From Camelus dromedarius (Eukaryota): a stretch of 64,000 bases of DNA. The notes under the pieces were generated by a model. It saw only the letters and a program-made list of their open reading frames with translations. It did no database searches and had not been told where the DNA came from. Made by a program: the position numbers and the translations under genes. Below are positions 25,301 through 36,890 of the stretch, piece by piece. How positions within the stretch are numbered: the stretch's first letter is position 1; each line of letters opens with the position of its first letter. The stretch spans positions 7,998,001 to 8,062,000 of the forward strand of contig NC_087459.1 of NCBI RefSeq assembly GCF_036321535.1. The letters run 5' to 3'.

Positions 25301-28300
25301 TTGCAGCACTTTTCATCCAATGGGAACTGGACCCCACCCTTATGCCCAGCAATGGGACTGAATCAATAACAGGACATCCAGACTCCAGAACCCAAAATAG
25401 CTTTTAAAACATGCTTTCTTGGGGGTAGGGGAATAAGCTTAGTGGTAGAGTGCCTGCTTAGCATGCATGACATCCTGGGTTCAACCCCCAGCACCTTCAT
25501 TAAAAAAAACAAGACGANNNNNNNNNNNNNNNNNNNNNNNNNNNNNNNNNNNNNNNNNNNNNNNNNNNNNNNNNNNNNNNNNNNNNNNNNNNNNNNNNNN
25601 NNNNNNNNNNNNNNNNNNNNNNNNNNNNNNNNNNNNNNNNNNNNNNNNNNNNNNNNNNNNNNNNNNNNNNNNNNNNNNNNNNNNNNNNNNNNNNNNNNNN
25701 NNNNNNNNNNNNNNNNNNNNNNNNNNNNNNNNNNNNNNNNNNNNNNNNNNNNNNNNNNNNNNNNNNNNNNNNNNNNNNNNNNNNNNNNNNNNNNNNNNNN
25801 NNNNNNNNNNNNNNNNNNNNNNNNNNNNNNNNNNNNNNNNNNNNNNNNNNNNNNNNNNNNNNNNNNNNNNNNNNNNNNNNNNNNNNNNNNNNNNNTTCTT
25901 TTCATGTATTAAAAGCATCACCAGTTAGCCCCCTATCCTGGACTCTGGAATGGGGTCAGACATGCTGGGTGACTGGATCCCTGCACCAGGGTCTCAGCAG
26001 TGGCCTCCTGGGGGCAACTCTAAGGACTTAGGGTCCAGAGAAGTGACTGACATGGCCAAGGGAAATGAGGGAACAGAGGCCAGGTCTCCACTAGACAAAA
26101 ACAGCTCTCTTCTAAAGACTCGCTTGCAGGGAACAGCAGCTCAAGAAGCAGTTAAATAATGCATTTTTAAAATTTCACAGAAGTCTAACACCATCTTAAC
26201 CCAAGTGGAGCTGGCTATGTTATTTCCCCAGGCTTCAGGCTGCCTTAACAACAATCCTATTTAACTATCTGGTGTTCAACTAAACACCTTTCAGGAAGTG
26301 CATAAAGCTTATAAGATGATCACCATACATCCAAGGTTTACTCCCAGGCCTAAGCATTTTTGAAAACTGATGAACAAACTGACATGTCTCCCCGTGTAGC
26401 AGGGTGAAAGCTGTCTTCAGAAGGGACCAGGGGGTGTGGGGTACAGCTCAGTGGTAGAGTGTGTGCTTAGTATGCATGAAGTCCTGAGTTCAATCCCCAG
26501 GACCTTCAACAACAACAAAAAGTAAAAAGGGACCATACCTGGAGGACTGCCTCCCTTCAGAAGGTCAGGGGATAGAGGCTACAAGAACTCCCCCAAGACA
26601 GGCCCCAATCAGGACAGAAGAACGAGCTGCTCTTTCCAGACGGTCCTAGGGCACAGCCATGCCACCTCACCTCCAGGTGGGAATGGACACCCCACCCCCA
26701 AAACGTCCCACAGCAAAAAGCAAAACCTCTCACTACCAATGTCTGCTGGTTACATGAGTATACAATTGGGCTTGTACTTTCCCTGTTTTCCCATTCGATG
26801 TATTTCAAAATAAAGACATCTGTTCATAACACCATCAGGAAATTTGTTAAAAAAAAAAAAAAACCTTGATTTCTTAAACTTTAAAAGTGCTACACAAGTG
26901 ACAGTCTGCAAATAACTTTCCTATCAATTTTTTAAAAATTAAACACATAAACAGCAAGAAAGGAAACATTCCAGATATATTTGCACAATGTTAGCAAACA
27001 TCCTAACAAGCTCTCTGACCAAAAAACAACCGACAGCTACAAAATGGTTCTAAACTCAAAAAGTGTACCTCATAAGGGCTGGTTCTAAGGCAGGAAATTT
27101 AGAGAACTATGTGGCAATCAAAAGTGGGAAGTGAAGCAAAATCAGTTTGCACCATGCCAGGGTTATCCATCTCCTGCACATAGTTCTTCCCGCACTGGTC
27201 AAAAACTAGGGAAATGTCCCACCAAAACCAGTGGTCTTGGAAAAACTTCAGAGTGCAGAGAGGACCCTGCAGGTGCCCGGTGCTGAAAAGCCCAAGTCCG
27301 CCGCCCACCCAGGTATGGGGGCCGGCGCTGCGCCCCACGCGCACACGCGCGCACACTCACTCGTCGCCGTCAGGGCACACGCCGCTGGCCTCGTCGTACT
27401 TGGAGCAGTACACGTCCGGGCTGTAGTTAAATGTGCCGTCGCGCCTGCGAAGCGGTCTACGCCGACGCTGATTTAGGAAATGCCAATGGAAACAGGTAAA
27501 TGGCCTGTGCTGGGTGCACTTGTGCTGCACAAACAGGGAGCACTGCTCTGTCCTAAACTCCTTTAGATACCTAAAAAGACAAACAGACAGCGTTGGGGTC
27601 GCTTCTGCTGCCACCGCCGCCGGCGGGCGGCCTGGGGACTCGTGAGCAGGGGTCGGACCCTGAGCGCCCGAGGGCCCTGACCCCAGGCGTGATCCCCAAC
27701 TCTGCCTCCCCCTCCGCCCATTTGCCCAGGCTCATTCCTCGGATCTCAGGCACGATTCCCCATCCCCAATCCCAGGAGAGCCGTTCGACCCCAGGTTGGC
27801 CCCATCTTCTATTACAGGCATGGTCCCCAACCCCAGATGCAACCCCTCTATCCCCGATCCCAGGAGCGACCTCGGACCCCAGGCGCAGCCCCCCATCTCC
27901 AATCCCAGACATAATCTCCCACCCCAGGCGCAGCCCCCGTCCCTGATCCCAGTCAATGTCCCCCACCCCAGGCGCAGCCAATACCTGACCCCAGGTATGA
28001 CCCCGACCCCAGGCGCAGACCCCCATCCCGATCTCAGGCATAGTCCCCGACCTCAGGTACGACCCCTCTTTCTGAGTTCAGACACCTTCCACCCCGCCAA
28101 GCCCAGACGCGTTCCTCGGATCCTAGGCATGGTTTGCCAATCCCCGGCGCGGTCCCCAGCCCCAGAAGTGACCCCGCAAAACCCAGGTGCGTACTCCTGA
28201 CCCCAGGCTCAGACCCTGTATCTCCAAGCTCAGGCGTGACACCCACTCCGACTCCGGACGATCCCAGGCAGCCGCCCCTCCAGAGCCCAGACGAGTTTCT

Positions 28301-28997
28301 GGACCTCAGGCGCGATCCCCCTGACCCCACGCGCAGTACCCCCATCTAGACCACAGACGCGATCCCCCAACTTCAGTTGCGATACTGCGACTCCAGGTGT
28401 GCCCCAGCCCACAAACCCCGGTACCATCTCCGACCCCAGGCTGAGGCAGCCCGAGTCCAGATGGCCGCCCTCCCCCCGAGTCCAGGTGCTGTCACCCATC
28501 GCTGACCACAGGCGCATTCTCGGCCGCCCCCGACCCACGACTCCAGGCGCTGTTCCCCGATCCCCATCCAGGCGCGTGGATCCCCCCCCACCCCTGGCGC
28601 GTTCCCCAGCCCCCAAGCCCAGGTGCCACCCCAGACCCTGGGCGCCGCCTCCTGACTTCAGGAGGAGGAAGCCCAGTAGGATAGTGGCCCCCCGCCCAGA
28701 CCCTAGGCGCGGCGTGGAGGTTGGGGTGCGGACAGGCCAGGGGGACTGCAGGTGAGAGGAGGGGTGGGGGAACGGGCGGGGGGCGGTGCGGAGCCCCAGG
28801 CCGCACCCGGCGGCGGCTCCCAGGCCCAGGGGCGGGGGGACGCGGGCGCGCGGGCCGGGGGCGCGCTGGGCCGCCCTCCGCCACGCCCCCGCCCCAACCG
28901 CGGCCGACCAGGGCACTGACCTGTAGTGGGTCGGCTTCTCGGTCTGCGGGGGGGACCCGCTCAGCGCCGCCGCCGCCGCTTTCGAAACCGACGGCAT
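4388..28997 (-). CDS. UNKL: Unkempt-like RING/CCCH zinc-finger RNA-binding protein, coding exons 1-9 (362 aa; six CCCH fingers; C-terminal coiled-coil/RING exons lie beyond position 1)
   Basis: Exons (minus): 28997-28921 (MPSVSKAAAAALSGSPPQTEKPTHYR), 27570-27361, 17699-17523, 17141-17008, 13823-13688, 12452-12335, 9784-9700, 9146-9061, 4450-4388. Sizes 77/210/177/134/136/118/85/86/63 nt; all GT-AG and phase-consistent (1086 nt). CCCH motifs such as CPSVKHGDEWGEPSRCESGDSCQYCH and CNDMRQTGYCPRGPFCAFAH match Unkempt-family proteins as I recall them. Confidence 0.96.
4470..5330 (+). mobile_element. ERV-type solo LTR (hosts the deleted SINE)
   Basis: Starts near tgttagaag; ends with a typical ERV1 LTR tail (gtcagtttaatttgcaggaccccaggcactgaacctaa...ttttttcctctcc). 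Approximate. Confidence 0.5.
5088..5182 (+). mobile_element. Internally deleted Vic-1-type SINE with target-site duplication
   Basis: Head ggggagggtatagctcagtggtagagcgtgtgcttagc without a B box; flanked by aaagggtagataaagc / aaaggtagataagc. Confidence 0.75.
6790..7480 (+). mobile_element. MER21-like LTR fragment
   Basis: ggggctgaaagttctaggcttctaatcatgcctggtctttcctgtgaccagcccc...gagtcatctcattggaacaaaag. Approximate. Confidence 0.55.
8150..8301 (-). mobile_element. Vic-1-type SINE
   Basis: Full head and the aaataaacctaattacctc tail on minus. Confidence 0.85.
10441..10562 (+). mobile_element. Vic-1-type SINE
   Basis: ggggagggtatagctcagcggtagaacatgtgcttaac...ccccagtgtctccattaaaaataat...cctaattacctc. 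Confidence 0.85.
10623..10661 (+). pseudogene. 5'-half tRNA-Ile-derived retrocopy (tailless), flanked by a 15-bp TSD
   Basis: GGCCAGTTAGCTCAGCTGGTTAGAGCGTGGTGCTGATAA resembles the tRNA-Ile 5' half and ends at the anticodon loop; AAAGCACAGACTCTC at 10599-10613 and 10660-10674. Confidence 0.75.
10872..10897. repeat. (GT)n/(GC) microsatellite
   Basis: gtgtgtgtgtgtgtgcgtgcgtgtgc. Confidence 0.8.
13880..15600 (+). mobile_element. Old L1 3'-end fragments
   Basis: cccatcaatgggtgatggataaac, atactgtatgactctac, gtactcagcaatag, taacaaatgtcacc. Approximate. Confidence 0.5.
14862..14955 (+). mobile_element. Vic-1-type SINE
   Basis: Head, B box (ggttcaatcccc) and A tail; tgtagaaca repeated on both sides. 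Confidence 0.85.
18760..21050 (+). mobile_element. Old L1 3'-end fragments (about 18760-19530 and 20290-21050)
   Basis: aaacaacccaagtgtccac...attatgttaagtgaaagaagc; gatggtggtgatggctgcacaacaatgtgaatg. Approximate. Confidence 0.55.
19203..19359 (-). mobile_element. Vic-1-type SINE inserted into an old L1 3' end
   Basis: Head, B box and tail on minus. Confidence 0.85.
23900..24290. promoter_or_regulatory. Intronic CpG-rich promoter-like element in UNKL intron 2
   Basis: Local CpG cluster with GC box 24130-24139, CACGTGAC 24146-24153, CCGGAAG 24154-24160, GGCCAATCG 24160-24168, CCAATTGG 23905-23912. Confidence 0.55.
25421..25512 (+). mobile_element. Vic-1-type SINE abutting the assembly gap
   Basis: Head, B box and A tail, then Ns. 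Confidence 0.8.
25518..25896. other. Assembly gap (379 N)
   Basis: Run of N. Confidence 1.
26431..26525 (+). mobile_element. Vic-1-type SINE
   Basis: Head, B box and (CAA)n/A tail. Confidence 0.8.
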
Positions 28998-29450
28998 TTT
29001 CAGTCAAAACAATGCAGCGCGCATGCGCCGCGCGGGCCCGCCCCCGCCCCTCCGGATCTCCCCCCGCACGGAGCCCACCCGCGCCCCCCGCCCGGACGAC
29101 CACGCCCTCCGTCCACGCCACGCCCTCCGACCACGCCCCCATCCGACACCAGGCGCAGTGGGCGGCCCCGGGAGCCTCCCGGTACCCCGCGTCTAGCGGA
29201 GACCCACGAGAACCCCAGACCCCGCCAAACTCCGAGCCCGCCGCCTTGGAGCGGGTAGCCCTATCCATGCGGGCCTCCCCCGCCTCCCAAGTTCACAGCC
29301 CATCGTGCACTTGGTCGGCCCCCAGCCCGGCTGCCACCTTCACCCCACCACTGCTGCCCCTCGCGCTCTGCACGCCCTGACAGCGCGCTGCGCGACTCCT
29401 AAGTGGAGTTAGCAATGGAGCCCACAGGTCCCGTGGAGAGACTGCGCCCA
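27300..29450 (-). promoter_or_regulatory. UNKL CpG-island promoter with NRF1 site
   Basis: Dense CpG around exons 1-2; NRF1 palindrome GCGCATGCGC at 29019-29028, about 20-30 nt upstream of the ATG; multiple GC boxes. Confidence 0.8.
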
Positions 29451-30479
29451 GGCTACTCACCCTCGCCTTTTCTCGTTCATCGACTCTGACCCCTGGGCTG
29501 GGTGCTGAGACCGCAAAGAATGGCTCCAGTTGCTTAGGGCTGGGTGTGGGAGAGTTGAGAGGAAAGGGGGCCTGACTGCTTATGGGTACGGGGTTTCTTT
29601 CAAGACTAAAAATTAGACTGTAGTAATGGTTACCCCCTGTGAGTATACCAAATATTTTCAATTGTATACTTTAAGTGGGTGAATTGAATAATACGTGAAC
29701 TGCATATCAATAAAGCTGATTTTTAAAAATCCAAGAGGCTCGCAGTCAAGGGGCACATACACACCCTTATTACGCACCCCACCACCAGTTACCAACAGAG
29801 TTAACAGAGTGTGGGAACTCAGGGAGGCAGGCAGCAGCTGCCACGCACCACCCTCACTTCCATCAAGGCCAGGAGTACATTATTTTGTAAACATGTATCA
29901 TAAGAGACATTCTTTTAAATGTTAAATGTTAGTAATTTTTTATGCAAATTGAAACAAGGAAGAGCCTATAAAGCAGGCAGACTTGTTCTGAACTGCAACC
30001 TGCAGCAAGTGCAGGTGACCTGCAGCAAGACAAGCCCTTGAAGGCAAGTGTGGCTGGGAGGGTGAACAGGAAAATTTTATGGAAAATAATTTGTTCCATT
30101 TCTAGAAACTGACCTAAAATAAAAATCAGATTCAGACCAAAATTTATGTACAAAGATAATTATCAGTTATTCAGCAAAAACTTAAAAGAGCACCTAATAG
30201 AGAATAACAATGTTTCCTGAGAATTGTGACATGAAAAAATGCTACTTAAGTGAGAAAACATAGCAAGATGTAACAGCTCCATACATTCGTTCCAAAGTAT
30301 GTATCTTATTTTTTTTTAAATAAAGTAACACAGTAAAATAACAAAAACTATCACTTGCTGGTGGGATGAATGACCTTCTTCTCATGTTCACATATTCTAA
30401 ATGAGTTACTACCTCTAAAAACAGTACATTTAAACCTGGAAATTAAAATGGCAAGAAATCAACAACATAGCATTTTTTA

Positions 30480-31670
30480 AAGAAAATCAAGCAGGAGAAT
30501 GAGGCAGGACCCAGGAATTATTTGGAGGAGGAATAAACAGATCTTTTAGACTGCCAGGATGCAAGGAATGAGAAGGAAGTCTAGGATAATTTCAAGGTCC
30601 CAGTTGGGAGGGATACAGAACAAAGAAACAGGTTTAGGGAGAGATTAATTCTGTTTTGGACCTAAGGAGTTTGAGGAACTTGTAAAATCTAGAAAGATGT
30701 ACTGAGAGCCACCTTAAGCTCAAAAAAGGAAGTTGGGGGCTCAAGATAAAGAAATGTAGGGATATTTGCTGTAGAGGTGGGAGTCAAGATACCCACTGAT
30801 CCTCCTCACCCAAAAGGCATCTTCCTTGAAGAGATCAAAGAGAAGTGTGATAGGCTGTAAAGGTTTAGTGTGATTTTTTTCGTGTTTTTTAAGAATGTTC
30901 TTAAAAGGCTAGGGTAATACCCAAACATTTAAAATAACACTAGGGTTCTCATTTTATGTGTTTTATTTTGGGGTAAGTGGGAGGAACACATGGCACTGCC
31001 AGAACCTTCCAGCTCAGCAGCTTAAAAGATGTGAGACAATCTATCTAGGTAACTACTTCCTTGGGTTTTTTTTAAACAATTTTTTCCTCTTTCCCAGCAA
31101 AGAGTTCACAGTGGTTACCTCTAGGTGCTGGGATTATTAGTGTTTCTGATTCTCTTCCTTTGATTTATGACAGTGTCTAACTTTTCCCGGTAAATCATAT
31201 TGCTTTTGTCATATGAGAATTAATTAAATTTTAATTAATTAAATTTCATTTTAATTAAAATGAAAGTTCTTCTCACTAGTTCTGACTTTTTATTCTTGCA
31301 AGAGCTAGTGAGAGTAACTAAGGGTTCCGATTTGAATGACTGTTGCTCATACAAATGGTTCATGACCAAACAGGTCACAACCATGCCAGGCCAGAGAAAG
31401 GATGTCTTAGTCCTTTGCTCAGTGAGCAAAGATGTAGCTGAGCCATGATTAGATCAATCTTTCCAAATCTTGGTCTCTACATCTTTAAAAACTGAATATA
31501 CTTGTCTCAGCCCCCACCTCCTTGACAAGCACAATTTATCAAGGCAGGACAGACAGAGCAAAGAGGCCTTGTGCAAAGCCAGTACACTGCCATGTAGGCA
31601 CTGGTCTTCAAACATCTGAGTAAGAAAATTTTTCAATGACCTTTGGCACCAAAGACATGCCAAGACAAGA
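30480..31670. mobile_element. L2 fragments
   Basis: L2-like phrases (ctgttttggacctaaggagtttgagg, gctgtagaggtgggagtc). Approximate. Confidence 0.4.
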
Positions 31671-32072
31671 TAAAAACCTCCCACTAGAAGCTTTAGTGAA
31701 TAAAATCTCCCCTTTATGCATTTTGCATTTAATTCAGGATTAAGGTTTCCTACTGAGTAGTACCTGAAAAAATATCATTTAGATACCCAAAATATTGCCT
31801 ATAATTTGTCAGTAGAAATACTTATCTATTTTATTCTACTCAGAAAGTTGTTGCCTTGTTAAAAAATAAAAATTTATAGAGAGCTGAGAAAGTTCATTAT
31901 TTCTAGTATTGTTTGATAATGACAATTTACATTTAGGTTTCTTTCCTCAGTTCCTATTTTGGAAAAATAAAAGAAAAATAAAATGAAAAGACTACAAGGC
32001 TCCCCTTTTTCAATGAAATGCCAAAAAAGAAAAGAAAAAAAATTGGCTTAATTCCACATTACCAAATGAAAA

Positions 32073-32078
32073 TTTATT
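32073..32078 (-). terminator. UQCC4 polyadenylation signal
   Basis: AATAAA on minus about 450 nt after the stop, followed downstream by a U-rich tract (plus-strand A-run at about 32023-32042). Confidence 0.7.
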
Positions 32079-32524
32079 GTCAATCTGTTAGTTTGTAAGA
32101 GTCACATCAATTTATAGACATCACAGTACACTATAAAATGCAAAGTTTGACTCTTCTTACAGTTATTCTGCCTCAGAAAGCCATCGACCTGCAAAGTGGA
32201 TTACACTGAATTACAAGTGTCACCAAAATTGCTTTGGAAACATGATAATGTTATACAAAGACACCACAAATCCAACAGTACACGCTGCAAACAAAACCTT
32301 TTCTATGGACCGGAAGTCTTTTGGAGGTACTTGACGGCCATCAAGAATCAGGTAAGGAGCTGTTCCGATCTGCTGACATTCTGCTCTGCCTACAACAGGA
32401 CTGCGTAGCCAGGCGCACCATTCAAGTCCTTCAGTCTAGGGATGCGTATAACCAGGTCAGAAACGCTCAAACGCGACGTCAAAGCCTAAGGGCAGATGCC
32501 TGTTCCCTCGCTGCTGGCGCCCCA

Positions 32525-33008
<484 letters not shown>

Positions 33009-33039
33009 CACGACCCCGGCTCCGCACTCGGCGCCGCAG

Positions 33040-33240
33040 CGCACAGAGTTTGCGTCACTTCCGTCGCTTGAAACAGGAAGCCAGGCGCCGTTCTGGCCTC
33101 TGCTCACGACTACAGAACGTGGGCCCACTCGCGCAACGGAAATGACGCAATTCTCCGGGGGCCTCTTCCGTCGCAGGCCCTCCCGCCTCCTCCCGGGCTG
33201 GCCGGGTGGGCATGCCGGGAAATGTAGTTCACCTCAAGCT
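33040..33240 (-). promoter_or_regulatory. UQCC4 CpG promoter (ETS-CRE composites, ZNF143/THAP11 SBS motif)
   Basis: TGCGTCACTTCCG 33051-33063, CGGAAATGACGCA 33137-33149, GCATGCCGGGAAATGTAGTTC 33210-33230 (reverse complement ACTACAnnTCCC...ATGC). Confidence 0.75.
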
Positions 33241-33534
33241 GGAAGAGGAACGAGTCGCGCCACCCGTCTGGGCTTGAAGCCTGCGGGCATGGAGGAACTA
33301 CTGGCGTAGTCTATCCGAGGAGCTCGCTTTAGAGTGGGTCTCCCCATCGGCCAGGCACGCCTGAGATCGGCGCCTGGGGCCCACACCTTGCACTGCTCCT
33401 GCCGTGCAGGCGCAGCCCCTGGAAAACTCCTCCCCATCGCCATGCATCGAAGTTTTGCTTTCTTCATTGGACTTTTCAGCCACAGGGACATCTTGCTACC
33501 TGCCGCACAGTGGCGGGCCCTCACCCAGCCCTTA

Positions 33535-34119
33535 TGAAGGAGAATTAATAAAATGGCGGCACTTAGGCTAACAGATTGTTTATTGTTATGCTTGCTCTTA
33601 AACTGGCCAACTAACCTGACTGGTTTCTGTTCTCAACTCCAGGTCCATTGTTAAAATGAAGCTATTAATTTTACTGTCTCTGCTTTATTCCAGTAATCGA
33701 AAGCAATAATCATACTTGGTTTCTGAGTTGTTCTCCAGGGAGAAGGTTATGGGACTGTAACCTTACAAAATAGCCCGAATTACCAAGAAAAGGATGCCAC
33801 GGCACTTACAAGGTAGAGATCGAAAGAGTGACAATCACTATCCTCTATAGAATTGGTCACCTGTAGACACCATGACAGCACTCTGAGTCATGAGAAAAAA
33901 ATAATTCTGTTGATATTGATGCTTTATTGTTTAAACTATGGCTATATAATCACCCTACCCCATCCCCAAGATGGGTTCACAGTTTTGAAGGCGGTAGCCT
34001 GCTTTCAGTCCCCTTTGCCCAGCAAAGTAATAAAGCTATTTCTTTTCTTCTATACTCTAAGACCATGTCTTTGAGCATCAATTCGTCTTGTCAGGGACAT
34101 GGCCGATCTTTCGGCAACA
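33535..34119 (+). mobile_element. ERV1-type solo LTR next to the UQCC4 promoter
   Basis: TG (tgaaggag)...AATAAA 34029-34034...cggcaaCA termini, about 585 bp. Confidence 0.6.
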
Positions 34120-34629
34120 CTGGAGCTTTCCATTGCTCTGTGCTGCGCCAGAACAGCAGCGTCTACACAAACCGTCCTCCCAGACAGGCATTTCCCTGTA
34201 CTGCTTAGCCACAAGGCTTCAATCCTTCACCCACTGCAGCAGGGCTGCCCAGGGCTCTCACCAAGAAACCTGCAGGCACTCGGTCACATCTCCCTCTCCA
34301 GGCCAGTGGAACCACGTGTGCAGGGCTTAGCATGCCATCTTTGTGCATGGAAGCTGCAGCATATGCTTGTGGAACCTTCCAGTCCACCTTCAGGAGTCAG
34401 GCCTCCGGGTCTCCCTCAGGCAGTCCTGGGGCTCACTGTCTACCCAGTTCCCCAGTTAGGTTCATAGGGAAGCTGTTGGAGCCTTCTGCTTTCAAGGCAA
34501 ACTGGCCCTGGCTGTGCTGAGCCGTCATGTCTGAAGACCACTTAGGAGCGCCCAGGCATCATCATGATGTGTTGGGGTGGGGGGTGGGGAGACTTGGTGA
34601 CAGATCACAAGGCCACCTCGTGAACTGGG

Positions 34630-35130
34630 TCGATTGAAAAAAAAAAGCACAACCTGAAGAGTTGTGAGCTAAGTTTCATTTGGGGCAAAATAAGAACTGT
34701 AGCCTGGGAGACAGCCTCTCGGGGTAGCTCTGAGGAACTTCTCCAAAAAGGTAGAGGGGAGATCAGTATATATGAGATTTTAGTGAAGGGGGTACAAGCA
34801 ATCAAGTACATATTTTGGCAGAAAGTTGTTGCTAGTCACAGAAAGGTTACTGCTAGTTCTGAGGAGTGGGTGTCCCCGTTAATTATTTTAATGCTTTTCT
34901 AAGTATGAGAAGATGCAAGAAATTGGGTTCATAAAATTTTCTCCTGAAAATATCTAACTATCTATAGGACTGTTCTGCCAGTTTTTCCCAGAGCACAGAA
35001 TGCCTCCTTCCTGAAAGGAGTTCAGGGTGTGTTGAAGGTCAGTGACTACGGTGGCTAGTGATTTAACCCTTGAAGAGGCAGATGGCAAGTGACAATTTTT
35101 ACTTGGCAACTGGAATGTTCTACCTCCCTA
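34630..35130. mobile_element. ERV-type LTR fragment
   Basis: gtttcatttggggcaaaataagaactgtagcctgggagacagcc...gatggcaagtgacaatt. Approximate. Confidence 0.45.
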
Positions 35131-36469
35131 GTTCAGCATCTTTGCCTCTGGAACATCTCCTGAGCCTGCTTTCTGGCAGGAGAAGCACCAGCCTCGGGAC
35201 AAAGTTCTTCACCCCCAGGAACTCTAGAGACACAAGAGCAAGGGTGATGGGCTGGAGGTGTTCCTAGCTCGGCAACATCTGGGAGATCTCCTCACCCCGG
35301 GAAGCCCGATCCTGAACGTCTGGTAGCGGCTCAGCTCCAGACTCAGGACTGTGTTCAGAGCTGCTGTGTCAACAGAGGCACCTGTGTGCCCACATCCTCC
35401 TCATTGGGCCCCGCCCCAGCTGTTCCACCCTAGAACTCCACCCAGAATCACTGCCAAAGCAATTCAACCACAGGGAACCCCAGGAGTACCTGCTGTGGGC
35501 AGGAGGAGGGGGCTTGAAAAGGGGGGAGGATGAGCCAGAATCATTCTGCTGTGCAACCTGTAGGGCTTCCTGGAGGAGGTAGAGATCAAAGATCCCTGAG
35601 ATAAAGCATGGAGCTGCTGACGGTGGCTGATGCAGCCACCTGGTTGCTATGTTTTAGAGTATCTGGGCACAAGCTCACTTGGGAGAGCAGAAGGGGCACA
35701 GAGCTGGGGGGCAGGGGCTGGGGCTTCAGCCCTGGGCAGGGTGGCCTCCAAAGGGCCACCAACCCACCTCGGTCTCAATGACTGCCTTGGACAGGGACAG
35801 AAATAAGACACCTTGGATGGGCACTTAACCCCTGGAGCCTGCACTGCCTCAGCTGTAAGACAGGTGTTTTGCATCCTTTGAGGACTGGTGCTATGCCCAA
35901 GAGGTCTTTGGCAAGTCCCTAGGACAGCTGTTAAGATTGAAAACATGATGGTGTGGAAATGGCCTTCCATCTTAAGGCAGTGGAGGGCACCTTTACTGTC
36001 CCCAGGTTCCTAGGGATGCTCTAAGGCTGGAGTCTGGGAGGAACCGCACATGCTCACAACAAAGAATCAGCAAATCCACGTGTCCAAAGGACCCCTCCTT
36101 GGTTCTCAACTCCTGCTGCTACTAGTCTTCATTCTAGGTAAGTGCACGATGCAAAGGACACAGGTCCTGTAGAGTCTGAAGAGGCCAGCAGGCCCTAATC
36201 TCTGGGCTCTGGCCTGGTGTCAGATCTGGGCTCTCCCATAGGACATAATTTCAGAGAATGTCAGTGTTGGACCAGGCCATACTGTGACCACGATGGCTCA
36301 GGACAAACAAGACCCCCATAATCAGATCCAAACGGAGACAAAACATGGACACGGCCCAAACCTCAAAAAGACCAAATACCCCTGTCTTGGCTGATGGGAG
36401 GGACCTGGTCCTTTACCAGCCGTGGCTGGGGCTTTGCCTAGTCTGCCCTCCTAGACGACATGTATTAAG

Positions 36470-36890
36470 ATGCTATCCTGGGCTGAATGATGTCCCCCCA
36501 AATTCACATCCCCCCAAATACTCATTGCATAACTTTATTTGGAAATAGGGTCTTTATGGATGTAATTAGTTAAAATGATGTCAAACTGGATAGGGTGGAC
36601 CCTAATCCAGTGATTGGTGTGCTTATAAGTGGAGAAGAGGCCCAGAGACACACAGGGGAGAAGCCTTGTGAAAAGGCAGGCAGAGGCTGGCATGATACAA
36701 CCACCAACCAAGGAGCGCTGAGGATTGCCGGCTATGCCTCTCTCTAGGAGAAAGGCCTGGAAAAGATTCTCCCCTAGAGCCTTCATGGTTTCAGATCTCT
36801 GGTCTCCAGAACTGTAAGAAATTAACTTTCTGTTGTTTTAAACTCCCCGTGAGTGGTGCTTGGCTGCGGCAGCCCCAGGAGACTAGTTCA
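36470..36890 (+). mobile_element. MaLR (MLT1-like) LTR
   Basis: tggaaatagggtctttatggatgtaattagttaaaatga...ctctggtctccagaactgtaagaaattaactttctgttg. Confidence 0.65.

Noticed and set aside
25363-25928. Four long ORFs of mostly X
   Set aside because: Artefacts of translating the N gap.
565-26525. tRNA-Ala(AGC)-like genes
   Set aside because: These are SINE heads with degenerate stems and A-rich tails, not functional tRNAs.
28230-29380. 219-258 aa Pro/Gly/Arg-rich ORFs over the UNKL promoter
   Set aside because: Only the first 26 codons of 28997-28921 are exonic; the rest is CpG-island sequence depleted of stop codons.
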